DNA of 64,000 bases, taken from contig CAVRAY010000001.1 of assembly GCA_963719225.1 (NCBI GenBank), forward strand, positions 1,024,001-1,088,000. Reading direction: 5' to 3'. Position numbers and translations under genes: made by a program. This DNA comes from Thermoanaerobaculia bacterium. Lineage in GTDB: Bacteria > Acidobacteriota > Thermoanaerobaculia > UBA5066. The notes under the pieces are model-generated. The model did not search any database. It was not told where the DNA came from and saw only the letters and a list, made by a program, of their open reading frames with translations. The number at the start of each line of letters is the position of its first letter. Position 1 is the first letter of the stretch. Shown piece after piece: positions 28,904 to 38,802 of this stretch.

Positions 28904-29806
28904 TCAGGCGGGCCAGCGGCCCGGGTGGAGGCGCGTCACGAGGACGGAGCACGGCGCCCTGCGGACGACATCCTCGGCGACGCTTCCGAGCATCATCCGC
29001 GAGAGCCCGGTGAGGCCGGCGGTCCCGATGACGAGCAACTCCGCGGGCAGCTCCGCGGCGACGCGGAGGATCTCGTCGACGGCCGGTCCTTTCTCGACCC
29101 GGATCTCGCCATCGGCACGATATCGCCGCAGCGCCTCCTCGAGCTGCTCCGCGGCCCATCGCCGAAACTCGTCGATCGCGCCGGGCGGCGGGTCGGAAAA
29201 GACCGGGGGGATCTCGAATCCGTAGCCCAACGTGGAGACGTGAAGGTCGATCACGTGGAGAACGGTCAGGTGCTTGCCGCCGCGCCGCGCCCATTCGGCT
29301 CCGGCGAGAACGGCGGGCAGCGACGGATCCGAGAGGTCCGTTGCGGCCAGCACGTGCCCGCTCGCCGCCGAGGGCCGGGCGACGAGAACCGGGCAGTGGG
29401 CGTACCGGAGAACTCTCTCGGCCGTGTCGCCGATCCACGAGCGCCCCGGGCCGGCGGCAGGCCGGGCTCCGACGACGACGACCTCCGCATTCGCTTCCTC
29501 GGCGCGCCGCACGATCGCCGCGTGAGGCGCGCCCGTGTCGACTTCCGCCCGGAAGTCGCCGCTTCCGCGACCGGTCAGGGCCACGACCCGCCTGGACAGC
29601 TCCTCGCACGCGCGGCTCTCGAGCGCCGCGAGTTCGACGTTCTCGCGGGGATAGAGCTGCGGAAAGAGCGGATGGTGTCGGAGGGGGTTCGGGAGGATGT
29701 GCAGGACGACGAGCGGTGAGCCGATGCCCTCCGCGAGCGCGGAGGCCTGCCGTAAAGCCTCGTCGGAGGCGTCGTCCAGGTCCGTGGCGCAGACGACCGG
29801 TTTCAC
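28904..29806 (-). CDS. Universal stress protein, tandem USP domains
   Basis: ATDL x2, IGDTAERVLRYAHCPVLV and LGSVAEDVVRRAPCSVLV motifs. Confidence 0.92.
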   Translation of the reverse strand: MKPVVCATDLDDASDEALRQASALAEGIGSPLVVLHILPNPLRHHPLFPQLYPRENVELAALESRACEELSRRVVALTGRGSGDFRAEVDTGAPHAAIVRRAEEANAEVVVVGARPAAGPGRSWIGDTAERVLRYAHCPVLVARPSAASGHVLAATDLSDPSLPAVLAGAEWARRGGKHLTVLHVIDLHVSTLGYGFEIPPVFSDPPPGAIDEFRRWAAEQLEEALRRYRADGEIRVEKGPAVDEILRVAAELPAELLVIGTAGLTGLSRMMLGSVAEDVVRRAPCSVLVTRLHPGRWPA

Positions 29807-29958
29807 GTCGCACCCCCTCGGTCAAGTTAGGCCTCGGATCTGGCGGCGTCAATCGTCGGGATCCGGTCTCGCGCCCTCCCGCGGAACGGCGCGTTCTCCG
29901 GCGTTGACACTGCCAATGCGGCGCCGGTACGCTCGACTGTCCGGTGCGGAGGGATGCG

Positions 29959-30426
29959 ATGAAGAAGGCTCTCGTCTTCGGCGTGGTCCTCCTCGTGGGG
30001 GCCTCATATCTTTTCGGCCTCGTGCCGCAACGCCGCCGCCGCGTCGCTCTCGAGGCGGAGGTCGCATCGCTGGAACTCCGGCTAAAGAATGCCGAGGCCC
30101 GCGGGCGGCTGTACACGCTCTACACGCGGAGTCACGGACTCATCGATCTCGTCGCCCAGCAGAACTATGGCCAGGCCCAGCAGCTCTCCTCGGGCTTCTT
30201 TGACGACGTCCGGGCTGAGGCGGGCCGCACGCCCGAGCCGGAGTTCGGCAAGGCCCTCCTCGGCGTGCTCGGGACGCGGGACGCCGTGACAGCGGGGCTG
30301 ACGAAGGGCGATCCAGCGACCCTCGACCCGCTGCGGCGCGTCGCCGAGCTGTTAAGGGCCGTCCTCGAGAAGCCGGAGGCCACGACGACCACGACGCCGG
30401 CGCCCGCGCCTGGGCCGAAGACCTGA
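29959..30426 (+). CDS. Hypothetical membrane-anchored helical protein
   Basis: GGAGG RBS, N-terminal TM, coiled coil; TTGACA upstream. Confidence 0.6.
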   Translation: MKKALVFGVVLLVGASYLFGLVPQRRRRVALEAEVASLELRLKNAEARGRLYTLYTRSHGLIDLVAQQNYGQAQQLSSGFFDDVRAEAGRTPEPEFGKALLGVLGTRDAVTAGLTKGDPATLDPLRRVAELLRAVLEKPEATTTTTPAPAPGPKT

Positions 30427-30475
30427 CGCCGCGTCCCGCAACAGGACATTCACGGGTTCCGGGTTTTGCTGGGGG

Positions 30476-31520
30476 TCAGAACCACGCCCCCTTCTTGACC
30501 CGCAGCTGATTACGCACCGTCGCACCGCTCCGGCGCGCATCCTTGTCCGCCTCTTCGTAGCCGATCCAGCTTCCGACGGTTCCGGTCAAGGTCGCGACGC
30601 CGCCGTGAACGGTCACCGTCACGTCGGCCCGGTGCACGAACGGGCTCCAGAAGAGAGCGTCCTCGATCTGTTTCCTGATCTCGTCGTCGCCGAGATAGGG
30701 CTGCGGCCCGACGAACTCGGCGACGGGGATATGGTGGGCCAATCGTAGTAGACGATCGACACGGGCGGCTCGACCGTCAGGCGGTTTCGGATGAGCGCCA
30801 CCACCCTGACTCGAGAGGCGACATCCTGCGCTTCAGCCTTTTAACCGACCGAGTCCACCGTGCCCGACAGATAGGCGACACGGTTGATCACCGCGACGTC
30901 GATCGACACGTCCGCGAGGAGCGGGTTCCAGAACAACGCCGCCTTCAGCTGCTTCTCCATCTCCGAGTCGCTGCGAGGCCCCGTCGGCCTGACCTGCAAC
31001 AGGTTCTCCACCCGCCACACGCCCGCGATGTTGATCGCGTCACGCTCCGCCGCTGTCTTCGCCTTCACGTTCCCGACGACTCCGCTCAGGATCGCGACCC
31101 CTCCCTGGACGGTGACGTCGGGCGAATAGGCGACGACGCGCGGGTCCAGGCGGAACGCCATCTCGACGGCTTGCTTGATTTCACTGTCCGGCTTGATGAC
31201 GTACTTGAATTGCTGCCGCGCCTCGTCGTTTCGCCCGGGCTCGACCGCCAGCTTGCTCACGTCCACGGATGTGACGCCGTTGACCCACGCATCGTCGAAC
31301 GCCCGCGACTTCGCGACCGCGCTTCCGACCGAGCCGGTCAGGACCACCTTGCCCTTCGTGACGGCGAGGTGGACATGGCGAACCAGCCGATCACGTGCTT
31401 TTCAAAGACTCCGCCCGCTACCATGTTCTCAGGCATCGTGGCACCCCCGGCCGCGATACGGCAATCCACGTGCCTCGCCGTTCTCACGCCGGCGGTGCGT
31501 GTCTCCGGGTCATGGATTCC
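30476..31520 (-). pseudogene. Multi-BON-domain (OsmY-like) protein, fragmented
   Basis: BON motifs (VVLTGSVGS, GVAILSGVVG, VAYLSGTVDS, GVATLTGTVGS) are spread across frames with apparent internal deletions; the 5' limit is uncertain. Confidence 0.75.
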
Positions 31521-31584
31521 CCGGCTCCCTGTAGGTCGCCGGTCGCGCCGAAGAACACGAAGGCGTCGAACCGCGGGATCGCGC

Positions 31585-32473
31585 TCAGTTGCGGCGCCTC
31601 ACGACGAGGACGGAGCAGGGCGCCCAGCGGACGACCGTCTCGGCCACGCTGCCGACGAGGACGCTCGCGAGATTCGTGCTTCCCGAGTTGCCGATCACGA
31701 CGAGCTCCGCCGGCAGCTCCTCCGCGAGGCGGAGGATGGAGGCCCCCGCCGCACCGTTCTCGACAACCGCGTCCGCCTTCACGCCGAGCTTCTCGAGCGC
31801 CTCAGCCCGTCGCGACGTGGCCAAGCTCGGACATCAGGTCCTCCGAGAAGAGGCCCATGACCGTCGCGAAGACCTCCGAGCCCATCGCCTTCTCGGGGTC
31901 GACGACGTGCGCGACGGTCAGGCGCGCGCCCCGGTGCCGCGCCTCGTCCGCGGCGGCCGTGAGCGCCGGCAGGGACGGGTCCGAGAGGTCCGTCGCCGCG
32001 AGGATCCGCCCGCTCGCGGGCGAGGTCCGGGCCACGAGGACCGAGCCATGGGCGTGCCGGACGACCTTCTCGGCGACCTCGCCGAGCCGCTGCGTCCTGA
32101 GGCCCGACGCGCCGCTCCCCCCGACGACGACGAGGTCCGCACCCGTCTCCTGCGCGCGGGAGACGATCGAGGCGTAGGGCACGCCCTCGGCGATGTGCAC
32201 CCCGGCTTCGGGAGGGGCGCCCTTCGTGATCGAGGCGACCCTCGCCGCCAGCTCGTCGCGCGCCTTCTCGCGTGCGGCGTCGAGAGCCGCGCGGGCGTCG
32301 TCGCGATCGGCGAGATGGGCGAGACCAGGATTCCCGGCAAGGAGGTTGGAGACGACGTGGAGAACCTCGAGCGCCGCCTTGCGGCCTCGGGTGAACGCGG
32401 CGGCCTGGCGGATCGCATAGTCGGCGCCCTCGCTCAGGTCGCTCGCGCACAGGACGCGGCGGATGGGGCTCAT
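31585..32473 (-). pseudogene. Second tandem-USP protein, frameshifted near 31805
   Basis: The USP N-terminal part (31802..32473) and C-terminal part (VGSVAETVVRWAPCSVLV, 31585..31824) are in different frames. Confidence 0.82.
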
Positions 32474-32530
32474 TTCTCTCCAGCCTACCATCCGCGCGGC
32501 GAACGTTGCGCTTTGCGGAAGTCAGACACG

Positions 32531-32557
32531 AAAAAAAGGGAGGCCGTCGGGCCTCCC
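32531..32557 (-). terminator. Rho-independent terminator
   Basis: Minus strand GGGAGGCC-CGAC-GGCCTCCC-T7. Confidence 0.8.
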
Positions 32558-32585
32558 CTCGGAATCGCCCCGGAGGGCGACCGTC

Positions 32586-32882
32586 TCAGGCGACGAGCGT
32601 CGTCGCGCTGATGTCGTAGGTCTCGACGCGCGGGATTCCCTCGAGGACGGGGTTGAGCTTCTCGACGACCTTCGGGTACGTCGAGGTCTGGTAGGCGTCC
32701 GCGTGCTTGCGGTCATCCCAAAGGCTGATCCCGACGGCCGCGTTGCGGTTCACGAGCATCAGCTCCTGCTCGAAGCCTTCCTGCTTCTTGAGCATCGGGA
32801 GGATTTCGTTCGCGAAGAGCGTGTTGAAATCCTTCTCACGGCCGTTCTTGATCTGGAAATGGACGTTGCGGGCAAACTTCAT
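32586..32882 (-). CDS. Small ABM/Dabb-like protein, copy 1
   Basis: 98 aa with LKKQEGF, ISLWD and PRVETYD; paralog at 38803..39099. Confidence 0.75.
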   Translation of the reverse strand: MKFARNVHFQIKNGREKDFNTLFANEILPMLKKQEGFEQELMLVNRNAAVGISLWDDRKHADAYQTSTYPKVVEKLNPVLEGIPRVETYDISATTLVA

Positions 32883-33018
32883 CTGGAAACCTGGTCCTGA
32901 CTCCCTTGCCGGGGTTGACGAAACAGCAGACCTGCTGGACAGAAGGGGCCGGGCGCCGCAAGGGGAGGAACTCGACCCGAATTCAGTATGCCAGAAGGGA
33001 GATCGTTTGTCCAGCAAC
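32883..33018 (-). promoter_or_regulatory. Conserved promoter and structured 5' leader, copy 1
   Basis: Homologous to 39100..39233; hairpins are retained despite substitutions. Confidence 0.5.
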
Positions 33019-33737
33019 TAATTCCGCGTGGACGGCCGCACACGAGCCGATCCGGCCTTGCCGGGAGCGACGCGCACGACCTCGGCGAGCTGCTCCTCGA
33101 GGACTCTCCGGAGCGTCGCGAAAGGAAGAGGCATCGTGAGGTAGTCGTCGACGCCGAAGTGCCGGAACGCCTCGTAGCGGTAGCCCGGCGCCGTGTAGAG
33201 CGGCGTCATGATCACGACGCGGATCGCCGAGGTCGCGGGATCGTTCTTGAGCATGCGGCAGAGCGCGCGCCCGTCGCCCTTCCGCAGAAGAGCGCGGGAA
33301 AGCACGAGGTTCGGCGTGTAGATGCGGGCGCTTGCGAGGGCCTCGTCACCCCGGGAGGCTTCGATGACGCCGTAACCGAGGGCGGAGACGGCGCGGACGG
33401 CGAAGCCTCGGACGTGCTTCTCGCTCTCCGCGACGAGCACGAGCGGCCGGGCGAGCGCGAGCGGGTCCGGATTCCGGATCGGGACGTCCTCGACGAAGTG
33501 CTCGGTTCGACGTCGCGCCCAAAGGCGCGCCGGAGCCGCGAGCCAGAAACCCTGTTTGTAGGACCGCGGCGCCAGGCAGAAGCATTTGAGACAGGCCGGG
33601 CAGCAAAGCGACTTCACGCGTGCGATGCAGCTGCACCACGCGGCTTCGAGGACGTCGAACGGGACCCGGCAGCTGTAGCAGATCGGCCGCCGGAGGTTTC
33701 CTCGCCCCCTTCGAATCCCCGGCGGATGCGCGCTCAT
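33018..33737 (-). CDS. Cys-rich domain fused to a pseudo-receiver domain
   Basis: CYSC..WCSC..CCPACLKCFC followed by a CheY-like fold lacking the phospho-Asp and conserved Lys. Confidence 0.7.
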   Translation of the reverse strand: MSAHPPGIRRGRGNLRRPICYSCRVPFDVLEAAWCSCIARVKSLCCPACLKCFCLAPRSYKQGFWLAAPARLWARRRTEHFVEDVPIRNPDPLALARPLVLVAESEKHVRGFAVRAVSALGYGVIEASRGDEALASARIYTPNLVLSRALLRKGDGRALCRMLKNDPATSAIRVVIMTPLYTAPGYRYEAFRHFGVDDYLTMPLPFATLRRVLEEQLAEVVRVAPGKAGSARVRPSTRN

Positions 33738-35491
33738 CGACACCCGTCGTTCTCCGGCCGCGGCGGGGACGCCTGCCGTTCCAGGGAGAAAAATCGGAAC
33801 GGCGGCGCCTCGTAGGCCTTCGGCCGCGAGGCCGGCGGGATCGTCACCTCGTTGCCGTCGCGCAGGCTGGAGTAGTGGGGCGACATGATCTCGATGCCCG
33901 CCTCGTTGAACTTGTCCTGGATGTTCGTGTGGAGGTCGGAGTACGTCGCGGCCATCCGGCTCGCCTCGTCCGTGTAGGCGTTTATCTCGTACGCGACGTA
34001 GAAATCGTCGAGACTCGTCTGGAAGACGAATGGCGGCGGTGTCTCGAGGACGTGCTCCGTCGCGCGGGCCGCCGCGAGGAGGGCCGCGTGCACGTCGCGC
34101 CAGGGGGCGTCGTAGCCGATCGTGACCGACGTGTTCAGGATCAGGCCCTTGTCGCGCGCCGACGTCGAGTAGTTGAGGATGTGGCTGCCGAGCACCATGC
34201 CGTTCGGAATCGTGATGTCGACGTTCTTGATCGTGCGCACGCGCGTCACGAGCAGGCTCTTCTCGACGACGTCGCCGACCGTGTCCGCGATCTTCACGCG
34301 GTCGCCGATCCGGAACGCCTTCGTGTACGTCAGGATCACGCCGGCGACGATGTTCGAGATGGCCGAGCTGGACGAGAGCGAGAAAAGGACGCCGAGGAAG
34401 AGGGACACCCCCTTGAACGCCGCGGACTGCGAGCCCGGGATGTAGGGAAACGCCACGACCACGGCGAAGGCGATGATCAGGAACCGGACGATGTCGTACG
34501 TCGGCGTCGCCCATTCGGGCTCGAACCTGGAGAGAGCGATCCGCCCGCTCTCGATTCCCATGAAGAAGAGCCGCACGAGCTTGAGGCCCCACCGCGTCAG
34601 GACGACGATCACGGCAAGGAAGAAAAGGTCCGGGAGGTACGCCACGAACGCGCTCCAGATCGACCGGAGCGGAGTCGTGACGTAGCCGAAGAGCGAGCCC
34701 ACCATCCCGCGCGTCCAGGGGAAGAAGCTCAGCACGAGCGGGAGGTACAGGAGGACAGCCGTCAGCGAAACGGCGAACCGCAGCACGCGCACGAAGAGCT
34801 TGAGCACCGCGGTCATGCGAGCCGCGCCGACGAGCTCCAGCTTCTGGACCCGAATCGCGGGGATCCGCGTCTCCCGCCAGGACTCCAGCCTTTCGAGCAC
34901 CGCCGGCGTGATCCTCGCGAGAGCGTAGAAGAGGAGCACGAGAACGGTCGTGGCCAGAAGCGCCCACAGCCCGTCGACGACGAGGGCCCGGGCGCCGGTC
35001 TCGGTGCGGGCTGCGTTGACCGCACGCTCGATGGCCCGGGCGCGATTCTCGGCGAGAACGTGTCGATCGGTCCCGGCCGCCGCCGCGTCCGAGTCGGAGA
35101 TCGTGGCGAGGACATGGTCTCCCGCGAGGATGTCGGTCGTCGTCTCGTTGTCGGCCAGGATCAACGCGAGGTCGCCGGCGTGCGGATCGTGCGCGAGCTT
35201 CTCGATGCGCCCGGCCGCCGCGGTAGCCCGCTCCCGCGCGCTGAACGGGCCGAGCCGTTCGGTGACGAGAAAGAGCGTCTTACCGTCGAAGACGACGGGC
35301 GCTCCCCCGGGTCCGGGCGCCGGCGCCGTGGACGTCGAGGCCGCGGGGACGCCGCCGCCGGGCGTCGGGGTCCCCTGAGGGTCCGCGCGTCCGGGACAGG
35401 GAAGGGCGAGGGCGACGGCCGTCAGGATGCTCGCGCGGAGGAAGTCCGCGGCCCGCCCGGAGCGCGAAGACGCCGTCGGGGGCGGGTTCAT
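33734..35491 (-). CDS. MscS-family mechanosensitive channel with a large periplasmic N-terminus
   Basis: SNIVAGVIL, FRIGDRVKI, TIPNG, IGYD and AGIEIMSP motifs. Confidence 0.9.
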   Translation of the reverse strand: MNPPPTASSRSGRAADFLRASILTAVALALPCPGRADPQGTPTPGGGVPAASTSTAPAPGPGGAPVVFDGKTLFLVTERLGPFSARERATAAAGRIEKLAHDPHAGDLALILADNETTTDILAGDHVLATISDSDAAAAGTDRHVLAENRARAIERAVNAARTETGARALVVDGLWALLATTVLVLLFYALARITPAVLERLESWRETRIPAIRVQKLELVGAARMTAVLKLFVRVLRFAVSLTAVLLYLPLVLSFFPWTRGMVGSLFGYVTTPLRSIWSAFVAYLPDLFFLAVIVVLTRWGLKLVRLFFMGIESGRIALSRFEPEWATPTYDIVRFLIIAFAVVVAFPYIPGSQSAAFKGVSLFLGVLFSLSSSSAISNIVAGVILTYTKAFRIGDRVKIADTVGDVVEKSLLVTRVRTIKNVDITIPNGMVLGSHILNYSTSARDKGLILNTSVTIGYDAPWRDVHAALLAAARATEHVLETPPPFVFQTSLDDFYVAYEINAYTDEASRMAATYSDLHTNIQDKFNEAGIEIMSPHYSSLRDGNEVTIPPASRPKAYEAPPFRFFSLERQASPPRPENDGCR

Positions 35492-35594
35492 GGCGAAAAA
35501 GATATCACGTGCGGGCCGGAGAACTTCCGTTCCGGACGTGCAGGTCCCTCCGGGGAAACGGGATCTGGCCCGGCACACACGATAGGATGGTTTC

Positions 35595-36476
35595 GTGAAA
35601 CGGATCCGCGTCGCGACGCTCCAGTACTTCATCCGGCCCGTCGCGACGTTCGACCAGTTCCGCGACCAGGTCGCCGGGCTCGTCGACACCGCGAAGGACT
35701 ACCGCTGCGACCTCCTCGTGTTCCCGGAATACTTCACGCTGCAGCTCCTGACCCTCGGCGACGTCCGCCGCCCGATCCGGGAGCAGGTCCGGGGGCTCTC
35801 CGGCCAGGCGCCGCGGTTCCTGGAGCTCATGGAGAGCCTCGCCCGGAGCTCCGCGATGCACATCGTGGCCGGCACGATCCCGATGGAGCGCGACGGCCGC
35901 ATCCGGAACGTCTCGCACGTCTTCAGCCCGGGCGGCGGGCACGGAGAGCAGGGCAAGCTCCACATGACGCGTTTCGAGTCCGAGGAATGGGGTGTCGTTC
36001 CGGACGTCAACCTCCGGGTGTTCGAGACCTCCTTCGGCCCTCTCGCGATCGCCGTCTGCTACGACGTGGAGTTTCCGGAGGTCGCCCGCGTCGCCGCGCG
36101 AAGCGGAGTCCACATCCTCGTGGTGCCGAGCTGTACGGACGACCGCCAGGGCTATCTGCGCGTGCGGTACTGCGCGCACGCCCGCGCGATCGAGAACCAG
36201 ATGTACGTCGTCCAGTCCTCGACCGTCGGGTCGCTTCCGATGGTGCCCGCGGTGTCGCTGAACTACGGACAGGCCGTGATCGTGACGCCGAGCGACTTCG
36301 CGTTCGCGCGCGACGGCATCCTCGCCGAGGGCATTCCGAACCAGGAGACGATGGTCATCGGAGAGCTGAACCTCGAGACGATCGCGGAGAGCCGCAAGAC
36401 GGGGACCGTCCTGCCTCTCCGGGACAGTCAGGAGACGGCCGAGGTCGTGTCCCGTCTGGAGCGGGTGGTGCTTTGA
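35595..36476 (+). CDS. Carbon-nitrogen hydrolase (nitrilase family)
   Basis: E-K-C triad: FPEY, KLH and CYDVEFPE; ARAIENQ. Confidence 0.9.
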   Translation: MKRIRVATLQYFIRPVATFDQFRDQVAGLVDTAKDYRCDLLVFPEYFTLQLLTLGDVRRPIREQVRGLSGQAPRFLELMESLARSSAMHIVAGTIPMERDGRIRNVSHVFSPGGGHGEQGKLHMTRFESEEWGVVPDVNLRVFETSFGPLAIAVCYDVEFPEVARVAARSGVHILVVPSCTDDRQGYLRVRYCAHARAIENQMYVVQSSTVGSLPMVPAVSLNYGQAVIVTPSDFAFARDGILAEGIPNQETMVIGELNLETIAESRKTGTVLPLRDSQETAEVVSRLERVVL

Positions 36477-37129
36477 CCGCCGGAGTCGACGTTCGCCGGA
36501 TGCGCGCCGAGGACATCCCCGGGATCATCGCGCTCTGCCAGCGGGTCTACCCGCACTCCGCGCCGTGGACGCCCGAGCAGCTCGAGTCGCATCTGAGGGT
36601 CTTTCCCGAGGGCCAGCTCGTCGCCGTGGATCCGGTCTCGGGCGCCGTCGTCGGGATGGCGGCGAGCCTCGTCGTCTACTGGGACGACTACGACCTCTCG
36701 GCGTCGTGGCGGGACTTCACGGACCACGGCATGTTCACGAACCACGATCCCGAGCGGGGGCGGACGCTCTACGGGGCGGAAGTGATGGTGGACCCGGACC
36801 AGCGCGGCCGCGGAATCGGCAGCGCCCTCTACGGGGAGCGGCGCCGTCTGACCGTTCATCTCGGCCTCCTCCGCATCCGGGCGGGCGCGCGGCTGCGCGG
36901 CTACGGCCGCCACGCGTCGTCGCTTATGCCGGAGCAATACGTCCGGAAGGTCGAGTCCGGGGAGCTCTACGACGCGACGCTCTCGTTCCAGCTCGAGCAC
37001 GGGTTCTCCGCTCTCGCCGTCGTGCGGAACTACCTCCTGAACGACCCGGAGAGTCTCGGCTGGGCCGCCGTGATCGAGTGGCTGAATCCGAAAGCGACCC
37101 CGGAGGCCGGCCGCATCCCCCTGCGCTAA
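36473..37129 (+). CDS. GNAT N-acetyltransferase
   Basis: FPEGQ, LYGAEVMVDPDQRGRGIG, LSFQL and DPES motifs; overlaps the nitrilase stop. Confidence 0.85.
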   Translation: MTAGVDVRRMRAEDIPGIIALCQRVYPHSAPWTPEQLESHLRVFPEGQLVAVDPVSGAVVGMAASLVVYWDDYDLSASWRDFTDHGMFTNHDPERGRTLYGAEVMVDPDQRGRGIGSALYGERRRLTVHLGLLRIRAGARLRGYGRHASSLMPEQYVRKVESGELYDATLSFQLEHGFSALAVVRNYLLNDPESLGWAAVIEWLNPKATPEAGRIPLR

Positions 37130-37139
37130 TCTGCGCGGC

Positions 37140-38699
37140 GTGCGTCCGGAGCTCGTCGTCCTCCTCCTGTTCACGCTCGCGACCGCCGTCGCGCTCCTCG
37201 CGCGCCAGATCCGCCTCCCGTACACGGTCGCCCTCGTCGTCGCGGGTCTCGTCTTCGGGTCTCTCCGGCTCGTCGAGCCCCCGCACCTCACGCAGGAGCT
37301 CCTCTACGCCCTGATCCTCCCGGGTCTCCTGTTCGAGGCCGCGTTCCACCTGCGGTCCTCCGAGGCGTGGCGGAACCGCCTCGCGATCAACGCGCTCGCG
37401 GTGCCCGGCGTCGTGGCCGGGATCGTCGTCACGGCGGGGATCCTGCTCGCCTTCTCCCGCGCAGGAGGCCTCCTCGGCCCGATAACGGTCGGGCAGGCAG
37501 TCGTCTTCGGCGCTCTGATCGCCGCGACCGACCCGATCGCTGTCGTGGGCCTGTTCCGCTCGCTCGGCGCTCCCGCGCGGCTTCGTGCCATCGTCGAGGG
37601 AGAGAGTCTTCTCAACGACGGGACGTCGCTCGTGCTCTTCACGCTCGCCCTCGGCTACGCGGCCGGGCGCCCGGTGTCCATCGCCGGAATCGCGGTCGAC
37701 TTCGTCCGTGTCGCCGGGACGGGCCTCGGCGTGGGCATCCTCGTCGGCCTCGCGGCCTCGAAGATCATCCAGCAGGTGGACGACCCGATGATCGAGATCA
37801 CGCTCACGACGATCGCCGCCTACGGCTCGTTCGTCGCGAGCGAGGCCGTCCACGGCTCGGGGGTCCTCGCGACGGTCGCCGCCGGCATGCTCTGCGGGAG
37901 CTATGGCGCGCGCACCGGGATGAGCCCGACGACGCGCGTCGCGACCGAGACCTTCTGGGAGTACGTCGCGTTCGCGCTCAACTCCGTCGTGTTTCTCCTG
38001 ATCGGTTTCGAGATTCACGTCCGGGACCTGCTCGGCTCATGGAAGGTGATTCTCGCGGCGTGGGCGTCGGTCCTCGCCGCCCGCGGCCTCGTCGTCGCCG
38101 TGGTCTCCGCCGGCCTGCGCGGGACACGCGAGAGACTCCCGTGGCGCTGGAGCGTCGTGATCGGATGGGCCGGCCTGAGGGGCGCGCTCTCCATGGTGCT
38201 CGTCGTCGGCCTCGCGCGCTCCTTTCCGGGGCGCGATCTCCTCGTCACGATGACGTTCGGCGTCGTCCTCCTGACGCTGCTCGTACAGGGCCTCACGATG
38301 TCCGCGCTCCTGAGGGCCCTCGGGCTCGCGCGCGAGTCCGGCGGGCGCGCCGCCTACGAGCTCGAGCGGGGCCGGCTTTCGGCCGTACACGCCGCACTCG
38401 CCCAGCTCGAGGAGATCCGGCACGCGCGCGAGGCGCACTCGAAGACGCTTGACGCCCTCCGGAGCGAGTACGCCGCGCGGTCCGGCGAGATCGAGGAGAG
38501 GATGACGAGGCTCTTCCAGGGGAGGGAAGCTCTGCAGCTCGAGGAGCAGAACGCCGTCGCGCGCCACCTCGTGCAGGTCGAGAAAGATGCCGCCATGGAG
38601 GCCCTGCGGAAGAACGCCATTGGGCACGACGCCTACCGGAAGCTTCTCGCGGAACTCGACGCAAGGCTCCTGAAGCTCGACGAGCGGTTCGAGGACTAG
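37140..38699 (+). CDS. Na+/H+ antiporter (CPA1)
   Basis: LPGLLFEAA, ATDPIAV, EGESLLNDG and GLRGALS motifs. Confidence 0.92.
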   Translation: MRPELVVLLLFTLATAVALLARQIRLPYTVALVVAGLVFGSLRLVEPPHLTQELLYALILPGLLFEAAFHLRSSEAWRNRLAINALAVPGVVAGIVVTAGILLAFSRAGGLLGPITVGQAVVFGALIAATDPIAVVGLFRSLGAPARLRAIVEGESLLNDGTSLVLFTLALGYAAGRPVSIAGIAVDFVRVAGTGLGVGILVGLAASKIIQQVDDPMIEITLTTIAAYGSFVASEAVHGSGVLATVAAGMLCGSYGARTGMSPTTRVATETFWEYVAFALNSVVFLLIGFEIHVRDLLGSWKVILAAWASVLAARGLVVAVVSAGLRGTRERLPWRWSVVIGWAGLRGALSMVLVVGLARSFPGRDLLVTMTFGVVLLTLLVQGLTMSALLRALGLARESGGRAAYELERGRLSAVHAALAQLEEIRHAREAHSKTLDALRSEYAARSGEIEERMTRLFQGREALQLEEQNAVARHLVQVEKDAAMEALRKNAIGHDAYRKLLAELDARLLKLDERFED

Positions 38700-38744
38700 A
38701 GCTCTTGACGGTCGGAAAGAAGGCGGACGGTTCCGGGACCCCGG

Positions 38745-38779
38745 GAAAATGCGGGAGGCCCAGGGGCCCCCCGCATTTC
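38745..38779. terminator. Hairpin between convergent genes, probably a bidirectional terminator
   Basis: AAATGCGGGAGGCC...GGCCCCCCGCATTT. Confidence 0.6.
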
Positions 38780-38802
38780 GTCACGACCCGCCTCGCGTAC
38801 GG

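Noticed and set aside
31802-31804. TGA in the second USP as another Sec codon
   Set aside because: The homologous sequence continues in a different frame, so this is a frameshift rather than read-through.
33620-37129. 1169-aa plus-strand ORF, and other long ORFs such as 5009..7747(-), 5983..8394, 14651..16876, 22204..25101 and 43115..45628
   Set aside because: High-GC shadow frames: either antisense to real genes or Arg/Pro-rich upstream extensions of real genes whose true starts are listed.
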